Positions 1 through 9,399 are shown, counted from the stretch's first letter. The stretch is DNA of 57,737 bases from an uncultured Flavobacteriales bacterium (GCA_964004705.1 CAXFOQ010000003.1:1-57737); one strand, 5' to 3'. The notes: generated by a model from the letters alone, not told the origin. Program-made: numbers and translations.

Positions 1-715
1 TACAAGATACACTCATGTAATAATCATTCTGATTAATTTTAAATAAATTTGTTGTTTGACCAGCAGAAACATTTACAGACTTCCATGCTTCTCTATAGTA
101 AAAAATATTTGCTGGATTTGGTCTTCTTACTTGAACACCACCATGAGCATTTTGGCTCATATATTCTCTATTAATTTCAGCTAAAGCATTTCCATTTGGC
201 GCTCTTAATTCATGAGCAAAATAAGCAGAATTTTCACTTGTGTCATATTGTTTACAAAACAATCTTCCATTAATTGTATTTGAAGAACCACTTGTAAAAT
301 TAATGCCACCAATAAGACCATCATCTGCAACACTTGTTGATGATGTTCCTATACTTAAAGCTGGACCTGTACTTGATGAATTTCTTATTGTTGCACCAGT
401 AGCTGTTACTGTACCACTTGTGTTTACATCAACATCATTAGCTAATTCAGTTGTGCCTACTGCATCTGCTCCTATCTTGGCTTGTGTGACAGCATCATCG
501 GCAACTTTTGCAGTTGTAATGTTTCCATCAGTTACTTTGGCTGTGGTAACAGCATTATCTGCTAGTTTAGCAGTTGTTATATTTGCATCAGTTGTTTTTG
601 CAGTAGTAACAGCATTATCTGCTAATTTTGCTGTTGTAATTAACCCATCAGCAATATCGGCTGTGGCTACTGCTCCATCTACTATTTGATTTGTGTTAAT
701 TCTTGATAATGCCAT
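1..715 (-). CDS. Tail-fibre-like protein with N-terminal TTAK-type repeats; first 238 codons only, 3' end runs off the window start
   Basis: My own minus-strand translation from the ATG at 713-715 is open to position 2: MALSRINTNQIVDGAVATADIADGLITTAKLADNAVTTAKTTDANITTAKLADNAVTTAKVTDGNITTAKVADDAVTQAKIG... It is not in the ORF track because it has no stop. TAATG overlap with the upstream gene. Confidence 0.8.
   Translation of the reverse strand, partial: MALSRINTNQIVDGAVATADIADGLITTAKLADNAVTTAKTTDANITTAKLADNAVTTAKVTDGNITTAKVADDAVTQAKIGADAVGTTELANDVDVNTSGTVTATGATIRNSSSTGPALSIGTSSTSVADDGLIGGINFTSGSSNTINGRLFCKQYDTSENSAYFAHELRAPNGNALAEINREYMSQNAHGGVQVRRPNPANIFYYREAWKSVNVSAGQTTNLFKINQNDYYMSVSC
445..673 (-). 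repeat. In-frame coding repeats (about 11-aa unit, A-D-x-A-V/I-T-T-A-K-x-x-D) of the fibre N-terminus
   Basis: Repeated ITTAKLADNAVTTAK units visible in DNA and protein. Also explains the low-complexity plus-strand shadow ORF 240..689. Confidence 0.8.
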
Positions 716-1002
716 TATTCAATCTTTCCAGTATCTGGGTTAAATGTTTTACCTATGTTTTTCTTTGAATTTTGCCAAACTGTAATATCATCTTTAATGG
801 CATCATAGGCTTCTTTAACGTAGTCATCATCAGTTTTGCTATTAGATATTGTTAACCATTTAGTAGCTGTATAACTTTCATTAGTATCACTTTCTATTGC
901 TTCTAAAGTTACATTCTTTTTTAATGTTCCACTATCTGAAAGTGTATTGTTGTCATCTATTTTTTCATCTTGAAAGGTAACTACTTTAATACTTATTGTC
1001 AT
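715..1002 (-). CDS. Small acidic protein paired with the downstream TTAK-repeat fibre gene
   Basis: 95-aa ORF. Its stop overlaps the fibre ATG. C-terminal DDYVKEAYDAIKDD resembles DDVKEAYKKAIEEN of 52674..52985, which holds the same position before another TTAK fibre. Confidence 0.6.
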   Translation of the reverse strand: MTISIKVVTFQDEKIDDNNTLSDSGTLKKNVTLEAIESDTNESYTATKWLTISNSKTDDDYVKEAYDAIKDDITVWQNSKKNIGKTFNPDTGKIE

Positions 1003-1013
1003 AATTTATTCTC

Positions 1014-2510
1014 CTACTGGTATGTTCCAACAAAAAGTGCTTTAAAACTCAAAGCTGAACCATATCTATTTTTTAAGTTTATTGAATAATCATTAGTTCC
1101 AGAGATAAGACAAATTTTACCGTCAGTATCTGTATTAGACCAAAGGCTATTTGCTGATATAATTTGAACTATGTTTTGATATTCATGCCTTGCTATACAA
1201 GTTAAACCTAGATTGTAGGAAGTAACAATAATTATACCTTGTCCATTTGCTACGATTGACCTTTGAGCATCATCAGCAAGTTGTGTTAAAAATGTAGAAT
1301 TCTTTATACTAAATGCTTTATTAGTTGAATTTAATAAAAGTTGACTATCTAATGCTACTTGTCCAAATCCACCACTAGAACCTATGTATAGATTTCCAGA
1401 TTGGTCACCTAGTATTTGATTGGTAATAACAGTATTTTGGAAAAAATCAATTTGACCACCTCTATTTTGACCCTCTAGCTTCATTGTTGCATAGGTGTTT
1501 GAACCACTGCTTTCTATGTGCAGTTGATGAGATGGGTCTGTTATTCCTATTCCAACATTACCACCAGCAAGAATAGTTGCTTTTGTTGAACCATCTACTA
1601 CAAAATTTATTTTTCCTGTTGCACCAGTTGCATCATGGTCAGATGCAAGATTTATTGCTCCATTATTATAAAACAATCCACCATAATTATTGTCATCTGT
1701 ATCCATTAATTTTAAATCTGGGTGACTGCCTTTTATCTCAACTACATCTGGCTTTACAACAAGTGTATCTATGCCACCTACTTTTAAATCTATCTGGTCA
1801 TCTGTATCGGCAGTAATAGATGTATCGTCATCAGCATCTAATTTAATTTCATTACCATTTACAAGTAAATCTACACCACTATTTAATTTTAAATCTTGGT
1901 TGCTAAAAGAAGAAACTCCATTTCCTTTTATTGTTAATCTATTACTTAAAGAACCATTTTGATTAACAAGTAATTCAAAATTGGCATCTTCAGAACCATC
2001 ACTTACATCTGTAACTTTAGTTCTTATTTCAGCAAATTCTACATCTTGATTGTTGTCATTTCTTCCTCTAAAAAATATTTGACCAGTTAAATCTTGGTCG
2101 GCTGGACTTGCAGAATTTCTGAATAGAATTAACGATGGGTCAGAACTTGCACCAGCATCTGTAGAAGTTACAGTTAAATCACCAGTAATAGATTGATTTC
2201 CAGTAAAAGTATTATCGCCAATTAGCCTAGAAGCTCCTGTGTCCGTACCAGCTTGTTGTGCTACTGTTCTGTATATGACATAGAAAGTTCCACTAGGTGG
2301 TGCTTCTGAAAACGTCATTGTTACCCCATCAGAACCTATTGTATAGCTTTCTGTGGGTTGCTGTTGAACATTAGATACAAAAACTTCTAAATCTTCTGGT
2401 GATGCAACTCTTGTCTGCAATGTAAAAGCAGTTGTGCTACCATTGCCAGTAAATGTTTGGCTTGTTGATTTAGTAAATGTGTTCGGTGGGGAAAGACCAA
2501 TATATGTCAA
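1014..2510 (-). CDS. Tail-fibre-like structural protein
   Basis: 498 aa, Gly/Ser/Thr/Asn-rich. The first ~80 aa (FTGNGSTTAFTL...VFVSNVQQQPTESYTI...MTFSEAPPSGT) are paralogous to the N-terminus of 54161..56194. Confidence 0.7.
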   Translation of the reverse strand: MTYIGLSPPNTFTKSTSQTFTGNGSTTAFTLQTRVASPEDLEVFVSNVQQQPTESYTIGSDGVTMTFSEAPPSGTFYVIYRTVAQQAGTDTGASRLIGDNTFTGNQSITGDLTVTSTDAGASSDPSLILFRNSASPADQDLTGQIFFRGRNDNNQDVEFAEIRTKVTDVSDGSEDANFELLVNQNGSLSNRLTIKGNGVSSFSNQDLKLNSGVDLLVNGNEIKLDADDDTSITADTDDQIDLKVGGIDTLVVKPDVVEIKGSHPDLKLMDTDDNNYGGLFYNNGAINLASDHDATGATGKINFVVDGSTKATILAGGNVGIGITDPSHQLHIESSGSNTYATMKLEGQNRGGQIDFFQNTVITNQILGDQSGNLYIGSSGGFGQVALDSQLLLNSTNKAFSIKNSTFLTQLADDAQRSIVANGQGIIIVTSYNLGLTCIARHEYQNIVQIISANSLWSNTDTDGKICLISGTNDYSINLKNRYGSALSFKALFVGTYQ

Positions 2511-2842
2511 GGCGTAATCTCCAATATAGAAAGGCTTACATCAACAGCACCACTTGCTGAAACTTTTACAATATCTGTTGTTTGTAAAACTTGTTTCCCA
2601 GAACCAAAAGGCTGTATTGTGCCACCTACTGGTATTGGTGCATTTGTTATTATTTCAACATCTGCATTTGTTTCTGTGTCGGAAGTATCAGATGAAACTG
2701 TTACCGTAGCATTTATTCCAGATGTTGTAGTGTTTCCTACATAACCACCGATTATTAAGGCTGTTGTATTTGATGGAACAGTGTAAACGTCTGCAAGTGA
2801 AGTTACCCCAGCTTTTGTCTTGAGTTTAAAAGTATTAGCCAT
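2507..2842 (-). CDS. Hypothetical structural protein in the fibre cluster
   Basis: 111-aa Thr/Val/Ser-rich ORF starting MANT. 4-nt overlap with the downstream fibre gene. Confidence 0.55.
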   Translation of the reverse strand: MANTFKLKTKAGVTSLADVYTVPSNTTALIIGGYVGNTTTSGINATVTVSSDTSDTETNADVEIITNAPIPVGGTIQPFGSGKQVLQTTDIVKVSASGAVDVSLSILEITP

Positions 2843-2854
2843 GTTAACTCCCTA

Positions 2855-3055
2855 TTAGCCAAGAGCGATTGCAAGCGCTAGTGCGTTTGCTTCATTATCT
2901 GCCCCATTTAAAATTTCTACAACATTGTTGCTTGTATCTTTTATAAACAATTTTGCATCTGCTGTATTTATTGCAATTTCACCAGCAGATAAATCACTTG
3001 CGCTTGGTTCTTGCCCAGCACTTGTGTTACGCTTGTGTTGTACTGTGTTAGCCAT
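2855..3055 (-). CDS. Short fibre-N-terminus-like protein
   Basis: 66 aa. MANTVQHKRNTSAGQEPSASDLSAGEIAINTADAKLFIK parallels the N-terminus of 3055..4233 (MANTLQIKRSNSTNTPTSLAYGELAYSQASDKLYIG). Confidence 0.55.
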   Translation of the reverse strand: MANTVQHKRNTSAGQEPSASDLSAGEIAINTADAKLFIKDTSNNVVEILNGADNEANALALAIALG

Positions 3056-4233
3056 TAAAATGTACCCCCATCAATAACAAACTTATCTAATGTGCTTGAA
3101 CCACTTGCAAAACCACTTAATGTAACGCCACTCGCCATAATTGCTATTGAACTATCAGCTAATTGTAATCTTTCTGCTGAACAATTATCATCAATACCCA
3201 AAGATGTAAATGCGCCACCAACAGTTAATGTACCAGAAACATCGCAAGTTCCATTTATATCTATTGCAGTAGCAGTTAAATCTATTTCATCAGTTGCACC
3301 TAACCCTAAAACTGTTGCGCTTATACCTTGTATAAACTGGGTTGCATCATTAAACATTATTTTGTTTGTACTGTTTAATGTTAAACCAGCGCCATCAGTA
3401 TGTGTTAATATTGTATCTTGGTCATTACCAAATTTTACTGTTGCACCGTCTGCTAAAAATAAATCAGAAAATTCTCTATCAGCGCTACCTAAACTTGCAC
3501 CATCTGCTGAATTTGGTTTAATATCACCGTTTGCAACTAAATCACCAGTTACATTTAAATTATCATTTATAAACGTTTCTGAAGTAGTATGCCCAATGGA
3601 AACTGGTACACCAGAACTATTTGTTCCTATGGTAATGCCATTTGATGCATTTGAATTATCTATTGTGCAAGTTGAAGTAGCGTTTATATCAACTGCACTT
3701 CCATCAACTGTAAGCGTACCATCTATATCTGTATTATCTAAATTAGATACACCGTCTACAGAAAGATTACCTACAACATCTATGTTGCCAGTTAAATTTG
3801 CATTGCTTGCTTTTATTGGCGCTATTGCAGAACCAATTTTAAACTCAAACCTATCATCACTTTCGTTAAACTGAAAGATAGCGTTATCACTTGAACCCCT
3901 TTCAACTTCTAGCCCAGCGTTTTGAGATGGCGAACCGGTTGCATCGCTGTTTAACACCAGTATATTATCGCCTATAGAAACAGTATTTGAGTCAACTGTA
4001 GTAGTTGTTCCACTTACCGTTAAGTTTCCGGTGATTGTTAAATTACCACCAAAAGTATCGTTTGTGTCAGACCTTAAAAAAGCACCAGCACCACCTATAA
4101 CCTCAACACTAGAGCCGTCAGCTTTACCAATGTAAAGTTTATCGGAAGCTTGTGAATAAGCTAACTCACCATATGCCAAACTTGTAGGGGTATTTGTGCT
4201 ATTAGACCTTTTTATTTGTAATGTATTAGCCAT
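3055..4233 (-). CDS. Tail-fibre-like protein
   Basis: 392 aa. Conserved fibre-type N-terminus (MANTLQIKR...GELAY...KLYIG), then a long Gly/Asn/Thr/Ser/Asp-rich beta-type sequence. Confidence 0.7.
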   Translation of the reverse strand: MANTLQIKRSNSTNTPTSLAYGELAYSQASDKLYIGKADGSSVEVIGGAGAFLRSDTNDTFGGNLTITGNLTVSGTTTTVDSNTVSIGDNILVLNSDATGSPSQNAGLEVERGSSDNAIFQFNESDDRFEFKIGSAIAPIKASNANLTGNIDVVGNLSVDGVSNLDNTDIDGTLTVDGSAVDINATSTCTIDNSNASNGITIGTNSSGVPVSIGHTTSETFINDNLNVTGDLVANGDIKPNSADGASLGSADREFSDLFLADGATVKFGNDQDTILTHTDGAGLTLNSTNKIMFNDATQFIQGISATVLGLGATDEIDLTATAIDINGTCDVSGTLTVGGAFTSLGIDDNCSAERLQLADSSIAIMASGVTLSGFASGSSTLDKFVIDGGTF

Positions 4234-4235
4234 TT

Positions 4236-4562
4236 TTACCTCACTATGGTTGCTTTACTACTTTTAATTTCGTAGTTTAGTTTTTGGACACTTTGCAGTT
4301 CACTTAACTGCTCTTCCGTTAACACTGCGCCCACTCTTGGTGTTAACGTATTCACTAAATATACCACTTCATATTCATAAACTTCTTTTTTATTATTGTT
4401 ATGTTCTTTTGCATTAAATTGATAGTTTTTAATAATTTGATTGCAAATAACCTTTCTATCCATAGAAGAATTTATTTTTAAATTTTTTTCATTTTTTTCA
4501 GCAATGCTCAAAAACTGCCCCCACTTATTGTAAGCCCTACTGGCACTACAGTGCTTGTCCAT
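4236..4562 (-). CDS. Hypothetical protein; start uncertain
   Basis: 108-aa ORF overlapping the upstream ORF by 55 nt. An internal Met (MDRKV) is an alternative start. Confidence 0.4.
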   Translation of the reverse strand: MDKHCSASRAYNKWGQFLSIAEKNEKNLKINSSMDRKVICNQIIKNYQFNAKEHNNNKKEVYEYEVVYLVNTLTPRVGAVLTEEQLSELQSVQKLNYEIKSSKATIVR

Positions 4563-4723
4563 TTATCACTACTACTATTGTAAACTAACAAAGAATTATT
4601 AACACTTACCGTTCCATCTACTACGCTTTTGTTAAGTATTGTATTTGGTCCAGCTACCCCTTGCTCTCCAACATTTGTTACATTTACTTGTGTTTCTGTA
4701 ATTACTACTGTATTTGTTGTCAT
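4508..4723 (-). CDS. Small fibre-associated protein
   Basis: 71 aa. C-terminal LTISGGSF resembles the C-terminal VIDGGTF of the 392-aa fibre. Confidence 0.5.
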   Translation of the reverse strand: MTTNTVVITETQVNVTNVGEQGVAGPNTILNKSVVDGTVSVNNSLLVYNSSSDKWTSTVVPVGLTISGGSF

Positions 4724-4725
4724 TT

Positions 4726-5100
4726 TTAACTCGCACTACTTGTTACTTGTGGCGTAACTTCAAATGTACCCATTATTACTCTATCAACAAAAGTTGGTGA
4801 AACATTTGTATTATATATTTCTAAATCATAATAATATGTTTGTGGGTTAAAATTATCAGTTACGTTTGCCGGTATATTTATTGTAATTTGACCATTACTA
4901 GCATTACTTATTGCTACATAGTTATTAGATGCGCCTAAAGCCAGTAAAATATCTGAGTCGGTTATTTGCCCATATCTTATATCCATTCTAGCCCCATACC
5001 CAGTTAAATTTATAGCAGAGCCACTAGAATTTTTATATGTAACTACCACATTAAATGTAGCGCCTTGATCACAAACTAAATCTGCTTCACCAGCCGTCAT
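4726..5100 (-). CDS. Hypothetical virion protein
   Basis: 124-aa ORF whose ATG overlaps the upstream stop by 1 nt. Beta-rich composition. Confidence 0.5.
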   Translation of the reverse strand: MTAGEADLVCDQGATFNVVVTYKNSSGSAINLTGYGARMDIRYGQITDSDILLALGASNNYVAISNASNGQITINIPANVTDNFNPQTYYYDLEIYNTNVSPTFVDRVIMGTFEVTPQVTSSAS

Positions 5101-5648
5101 TAACTTCTCCTTACCATGCCAACATTTGAACCACGAACTGTTCCATATGGTCTTACAATGTTTAAAACACTTCTTGGTAAAATTGGGGGTTGATCAAACT
5201 TATCTATATTAACAGTTAATGAACCTAAACGTACTTGGTCAAAACCTTGTGTATCTGGTTCTGCTGTTCTATCATTTTCTGCTAAATATCTTGCAAATTC
5301 TGAAGTTGCATTTTTAAGCCATGTAGGAATGCTTTTATTATCAAAAACATAACCATCTTGGTCATAAACACCACTTCTTGGAAAACGTAAAAATTGCCTT
5401 GTTACATTGCCGGCATTAGAACTGCTTATACTTTCTGCCATATTAAAAGTTGGTTCACCGTACCAATCAATTTGTTCATCTAACGTGCGTGATGCCATTA
5501 TTATTGCACGGTTTTTGTCATTAGATGAAACAGATAACCATGATGTACCATGTGGGTGTTCATCATTATAAGAATTTGCTTCTGCCAGTGTGCAATAAGC
5601 GTTTGCATTCGTTATTGCTGAACCAGTTTCAACTATTAATGTTGGCAT
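5100..5648 (-). CDS. Head-tail connector/adaptor (gp6-like)
   Basis: N-terminus ...ITNANAYCTLAEANSY... is typical of gp6-type head-tail connectors. Lies downstream of the coat gene. Confidence 0.55.
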   Translation of the reverse strand: MPTLIVETGSAITNANAYCTLAEANSYNDEHPHGTSWLSVSSNDKNRAIIMASRTLDEQIDWYGEPTFNMAESISSSNAGNVTRQFLRFPRSGVYDQDGYVFDNKSIPTWLKNATSEFARYLAENDRTAEPDTQGFDQVRLGSLTVNIDKFDQPPILPRSVLNIVRPYGTVRGSNVGMVRRS

Positions 5649-5664
5649 AATAAACTCCTAAAAC

Positions 5665-5871
5665 TTATTTTTTTGTTTTAGGTGCTTTGCCACCTTCCCA
5701 AGCCTCATTTACATCTTTAGTGCTTTTATCATCAGCTTTTAAAGTGCCATCTGAGTTTCTTGCTCGTTTAGGTTCTTTTTGGTCTGTCCAACCCTTTTTT
5801 TTCCATTCATCTAATTCATCAATATTTATGACGGCTTCAGCGCCACCTTTGCTTACAGCAATAGTTTCCAT
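5665..5871 (-). CDS. Small Lys/Glu-rich protein (possible head-associated)
   Basis: 68-aa ORF directly after the coat-gene terminator. No motif recognised. Confidence 0.45.
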   Translation of the reverse strand: METIAVSKGGAEAVINIDELDEWKKKGWTDQKEPKRARNSDGTLKADDKSTKDVNEAWEGGKAPKTKK

Positions 5872-5883
5872 AACAATTCCCTT

Positions 5884-5910
5884 TTAAAAAAGGGGGGCGT
5901 GAACCCCCCT
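5884..5910 (-). terminator. Intrinsic terminator/attenuator after the coat gene
   Basis: On the minus strand: GGGGGG-ttcacg-CCCCCC followed by TTTTT. Sits 12 nt after the coat stop. Confidence 0.7.
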
Positions 5911-5921
5911 AATAATTAAAA

Positions 5922-7061
5922 TTAACCAGCTATCCTTACAGCATATTCCGGTCTAATCAACTTAACGCCCCAAAGAGCATCAAGTTCATAAACAACTTGC
6001 TTATACTGTCTGTAAACTTCCAATCTCATTGAAAGTCCAGTTACTGGGTCTGTCATAGAAACAATATTGTTGCCATATGCATCACCGGCTGTCTCTGATG
6101 TTAATGGGCGCATAGCTAATGCAAACGCATCTCTATGGAAAGCCAAGTTAACAGTGTGAGAAGCCTTTTTAGTTACACTAGCGTTATCTGCAACTATTGC
6201 TTTAATTGCTGGGCTAACTGTAACTGTTTGAGCGCCACTACTTGCTGTAGGAGCAACGGTAATTGCATAAGTTTGTGCATGACCAGCGAATGTAACAACA
6301 TCGCCAACTACAAAACCACTTGTGCCACTCATGCCATCGATAGCAACGCTTGTATCACCAACAGCTAACGCTCCGTTAACTAATGGTGTGCCACTGCCAC
6401 CGGCTGTGTGTGTAACAACTTGGTCATCAGTAAAAATGTCAAAACCAAACTTTCTGCCAATTTCACCTTCACGCTTAACGCCAATGTCTCCACTTTCGTT
6501 TACACGTTGAAATTCTGCTAATGCCAGTGCGTTTGCTTCTGCATCAAAGTCAAGAACCATACGCCTGTTATCTCTTGGGCATAACTGCTGATTTAAAACT
6601 TTTCTTGCATTAGTTGCATCTGTAACATTACTGCCAAAAGGTGTTGTACCGGAAGTACCTACAAAGCCGTAAACGCCTTTGAACTCTTGCAATACAGTTA
6701 AGTTAATTTGGTTTGATAATGCTCTAACAGCTTCAGACATTTGCATTGGAATGAAGTGTTCGTTTTTATCAATATCAACTAACTGCTTATCTGTTAAATG
6801 AAAATTAACCTTTTTCCAATTATTTAATGATATTTGGACTTTGGTTGGTGCGCTATCTGCTGGTGCTTCTAATACGTTTGAAGGTACAGTATCACTTACA
6901 GTAAGCGAACTTGGAATTGGCACATCGATTGTATCGCCTTTTTGGGCGCTTTCATTGCTGTAATCCAAATTTACTAGGCGAGGCATTACTGCTTGTTCTC
7001 GTAGCGCCAATAAACCACGAGCTAGTATTTTTGGAAGTATATTAGTAATGGTATTAGCCAT
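5922..7061 (-). CDS. Major capsid protein (P22-type coat family)
   Basis: 379 aa. N-terminus MANTITNILPKILARGLLALREQAVMPRLVNLDYSNESAQKGDTIDVPIP matches the P22-coat-like pattern. Preceded by the scaffold gene. Confidence 0.8.
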   Translation of the reverse strand: MANTITNILPKILARGLLALREQAVMPRLVNLDYSNESAQKGDTIDVPIPSSLTVSDTVPSNVLEAPADSAPTKVQISLNNWKKVNFHLTDKQLVDIDKNEHFIPMQMSEAVRALSNQINLTVLQEFKGVYGFVGTSGTTPFGSNVTDATNARKVLNQQLCPRDNRRMVLDFDAEANALALAEFQRVNESGDIGVKREGEIGRKFGFDIFTDDQVVTHTAGGSGTPLVNGALAVGDTSVAIDGMSGTSGFVVGDVVTFAGHAQTYAITVAPTASSGAQTVTVSPAIKAIVADNASVTKKASHTVNLAFHRDAFALAMRPLTSETAGDAYGNNIVSMTDPVTGLSMRLEVYRQYKQVVYELDALWGVKLIRPEYAVRIAG

Positions 7062-7143
7062 GACTAAAGTCTCCTTATAGTTATAGATTAAGATTTAGTA
7101 ATAAAGCAGATTTACACCGTAAGTCTGTCGCATACACCGTATG

Positions 7144-7896
7144 CTATTCGGTCACAACGACCTTTCCACTAGCGATTGCTTCTAGGTTGGTATTTAATGC
7201 GCCTTGATCTAATCTAGAAACTTTTCTAGCACCAAGACTACCACCCCCAGTAGCACCACCACCAGAACTGGATTTATAAAGGTGAGGAGCTTCTTCTGAT
7301 AAGTCCTCTAACCACTCTTGCATCGTAAGTTTGGCTGAACCATTCTTACTATACAAAGGCGTATCGTTTTGCATAGCTACAATCGTATTATCTTGCACTT
7401 GCCAAATTTGTGAACCTCTGCTTAAAACATCTTGCAACGCTGTTGGCGCTACACCAGCTTTTATAGCTTCATCTTTTAAACGGTTATTAATAGTCATTGC
7501 ATTTTGTTGCGAAATTAAATCATTTACTTTTCGCTCATTTAATTCTGCAATTTCACGGTATTTGTTTGCTTCTGCTTCTAAAGTATTACGCAACTTTTCT
7601 GTTCTGCTCAAAACAACTTCTTCTACTTTACCGGCATCAATTAACTTTTGGTCATCAATTAATTGTTTTTCTTCTTTTAATTGTTTGTACTCTTCTACAT
7701 TTACACCGTTTAAAGTGTTTTGAACTTTTTCTAATTCTTTTGTGAGTTTTATATTGTTGTTTCTAAATTCATCAACTGTTGTTTTTGGCACTAACCCATC
7801 TGCTTGTAGGTGAAAACCACCATCTTTTTCAATATAATATTCTTGTAAATTTTCTGGGATATCTTCTTTTTTAGTATAAATGCTTTTTAATGCCAC
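7144..7896 (-). CDS. Capsid scaffolding protein (GTG start proposed)
   Basis: Charged coiled-coil sequence directly upstream of the coat gene. The tracked ORF (to 7998) has a Phe-rich 5' extension that covers a promoter. GAGG lies 5 nt before the GTG at 7894-7896. Confidence 0.65.
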   Translation of the reverse strand: MALKSIYTKKEDIPENLQEYYIEKDGGFHLQADGLVPKTTVDEFRNNNIKLTKELEKVQNTLNGVNVEEYKQLKEEKQLIDDQKLIDAGKVEEVVLSRTEKLRNTLEAEANKYREIAELNERKVNDLISQQNAMTINNRLKDEAIKAGVAPTALQDVLSRGSQIWQVQDNTIVAMQNDTPLYSKNGSAKLTMQEWLEDLSEEAPHLYKSSSGGGATGGGSLGARKVSRLDQGALNTNLEAIASGKVVVTE

Positions 7897-7918
7897 TATA
7901 ACCTCACTTTTGCAAAAA

Positions 7919-7947
7919 TATATAATACCAATGGCACTAGCTGACAA
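7919..7947 (-). promoter_or_regulatory. Leftward promoter with palindromic operator in its spacer (scaffold/coat operon)
   Basis: Minus strand: TTGTCA-gcTAGTGCCATTGGTAT-TATATA with a 17-nt spacer. Same register as the other copies. Confidence 0.55.
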
Positions 7948-7975
7948 GAAAAAAATAACAAAAAATAAAAAAAAC

Positions 7976-8004
7976 TTGACAAATAGTGCAAATGGCACTA
8001 TAAT
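7976..8004 (+). promoter_or_regulatory. Rightward promoter with palindromic operator
   Basis: TTGACA-aaTAGTGCAAATGGCAC-TATAAT, 17-nt spacer. Confidence 0.65.
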
Positions 8005-8098
8005 AACAAGGTTAGCTCACAAATTTTTTTTTAAACATAGTTAATTGATAAAGTTTTACTAATGTGGGCTAACGCCTAACTTAGATGAAAGGAAATTT

Positions 8099-8527
8099 AT
8101 GTGGTTATTTACACCCAACGCCTTTTTTAGCGTTGTAGAAGATTATAATAATAAAAAAAATTTAATGGTAAGGGCTAGATTTAAAGGGGATATTGAAAAA
8201 GTATTTAAAACAGTAAAAAATACAACCCATACCCCTCAAAATGATTATCCTTACCGTGCAAGCATACCAAAGGAAACTGTCGCTCAAGTTGTGGCAAGTA
8301 ATATTTTGCGTATTAATTATTCAAATTTTAAAGATGAAGCCCAAAATGTTTTGGGTTTGCATAAGAACAAACGTCTAGACGCTTTGCATGAAGTTTGGAG
8401 CGTTATGGTTAATGCCGGTGATGCCAGTGCTTTTAATTTTAAAGATTTTAAAATTAATAAAAAATTTAAACGTAAAACATTTGACTTTACCGATATGGGT
8501 GGGTACTTTAAATTTAGAAAACGATAA
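8099..8527 (+). CDS. Hypothetical protein
   Basis: 142-aa ORF with GGAAA upstream of the ATG. Followed by a terminator. Confidence 0.6.
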   Translation: MWLFTPNAFFSVVEDYNNKKNLMVRARFKGDIEKVFKTVKNTTHTPQNDYPYRASIPKETVAQVVASNILRINYSNFKDEAQNVLGLHKNKRLDALHEVWSVMVNAGDASAFNFKDFKINKKFKRKTFDFTDMGGYFKFRKR

Positions 8528-8574
8528 TAGTTTTTAATTACATTTAATTTCCTCCCAAGAATTAAATATTATAA

Positions 8575-8601
8575 CCCCCTATTTATTTAGGGGGTTTTTT
8601 T
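8575..8601 (+). terminator. Intrinsic terminator
   Basis: CCCCCT-atttattt-AGGGGG followed by TTTTTTT. Confidence 0.7.
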
Positions 8602-8892
8602 ATAATGGTTAAATAGTTTTTCAGCTATACGCCTACCATAATCTTCATCATAACCATACATTGTCCAAAACTTATTTTCATTGCCAACTTTATCATGCAG
8701 TTCTTGGTGGTGGTAAAAACATAAAGGCACAACATTTTTATCACTTGCCTTTAAACCCATGCCCCTATTACCATCATAAGGTTTTAATAAATGATGCGCA
8801 TTGGTTGCCCCATTACAACTTTTATGCAGTATTATGCAACGCATTCTGCTTACAAATTCTAAATAATTTCTATTTTTGTAATTTTTTTTCAT
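8587..8892 (-). CDS. HNH/DUF968-like nuclease-fold protein
   Basis: CNG..NAHHL...GMGLKASDKNVVPLCFYHHQELH (His/Cys HNH-like pattern). Start moved to MKKNYK. Confidence 0.55.
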   Translation of the reverse strand: MKKNYKNRNYLEFVSRMRCIILHKSCNGATNAHHLLKPYDGNRGMGLKASDKNVVPLCFYHHQELHDKVGNENKFWTMYGYDEDYGRRIAEKLFNHYKKTP

Positions 8893-8942
8893 AATAAAAA
8901 CAATAATATACAATTTTTTTTTAAAAAAATGTAAAAAAAGAC

Positions 8943-8971
8943 TTTACAAATAGTGCCAATGGCGCTATATT
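8943..8971 (+). promoter_or_regulatory. Promoter with palindromic operator
   Basis: TTTACA-aaTAGTGCCAATGGCGC-TATATT, 17-nt spacer. Confidence 0.65.
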
Positions 8972-9011
8972 ATATGTATAACTTAAATACAAAAACAAAA
9001 CGGAGTAACAA

Positions 9012-9386
9012 ATGAACATAGATTATACAAAAATGGTTAAATACCCAACAGAGTTCAAAAGCGTATTACCATCACATGAGCAAGCTAACGTAGCTTGGGG
9101 CGATTATGTAAACAACAAACAATCAGAACTTAAAGCAAATTTTCAGTTTGAAAGAGATTATGAAAGAAATGAAACATTAGGTACTAACGGTTATTATGCA
9201 ACTGAAAGACCAATTTGGAATGTTAAATATTTTGATGGTTATACATATGAAACTATTGGTTGTGTAACAGCTTTTGATGGTGATGAAGTAAGATGCACAT
9301 TTAAATATTTAGATGTTGAATATACAGCAAGTGGATCGCACCCATTTGAAGCATTTGAAAACGCAGTATCAAAATCATTAAGTTAA
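9012..9386 (+). CDS. Hypothetical protein
   Basis: 124-aa ORF with GGAG upstream of the ATG. Confidence 0.6.
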   Translation: MNIDYTKMVKYPTEFKSVLPSHEQANVAWGDYVNNKQSELKANFQFERDYERNETLGTNGYYATERPIWNVKYFDGYTYETIGCVTAFDGDEVRCTFKYLDVEYTASGSHPFEAFENAVSKSLS

Positions 9387-9399
9387 CTTAAACACAAAA

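Noticed and set aside
445-673. Regularly spaced short DNA repeats that could be mistaken for a CRISPR-like array.
   Set aside because: The repeats are in-frame 33-nt coding units (ITTAKLADNAVTTAK) without unique spacers. The same structure appears in two other fibre genes.
240-689. Plus-strand 149-aa low-complexity ORF, with similar ORFs at 3092..3874, 47570..48103, 48107..48688, 53773..53979, 53998..54183 and 55239..55541.
   Set aside because: These are antisense shadows of repeat-rich or compositionally biased minus-strand structural genes. They have Ser/Ala/Val/Pro/Leu-rich nonsense composition, no RBS, and they break otherwise tightly coupled operons.
2855-4233. Possible diversity-generating retroelement target, because the fibre N-termini resemble Mtd-type proteins.
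   Set aside because: No reverse transcriptase and no template/variable repeat pair was seen anywhere in the window.
2507-7061. Four structural proteins begin with MANT and many others with MA.
   Set aside because: This is most simply explained by a favoured initiation context (ATGGCTAA) for highly expressed late genes plus paralogy of fibre N-termini. It is not a distinct signal.
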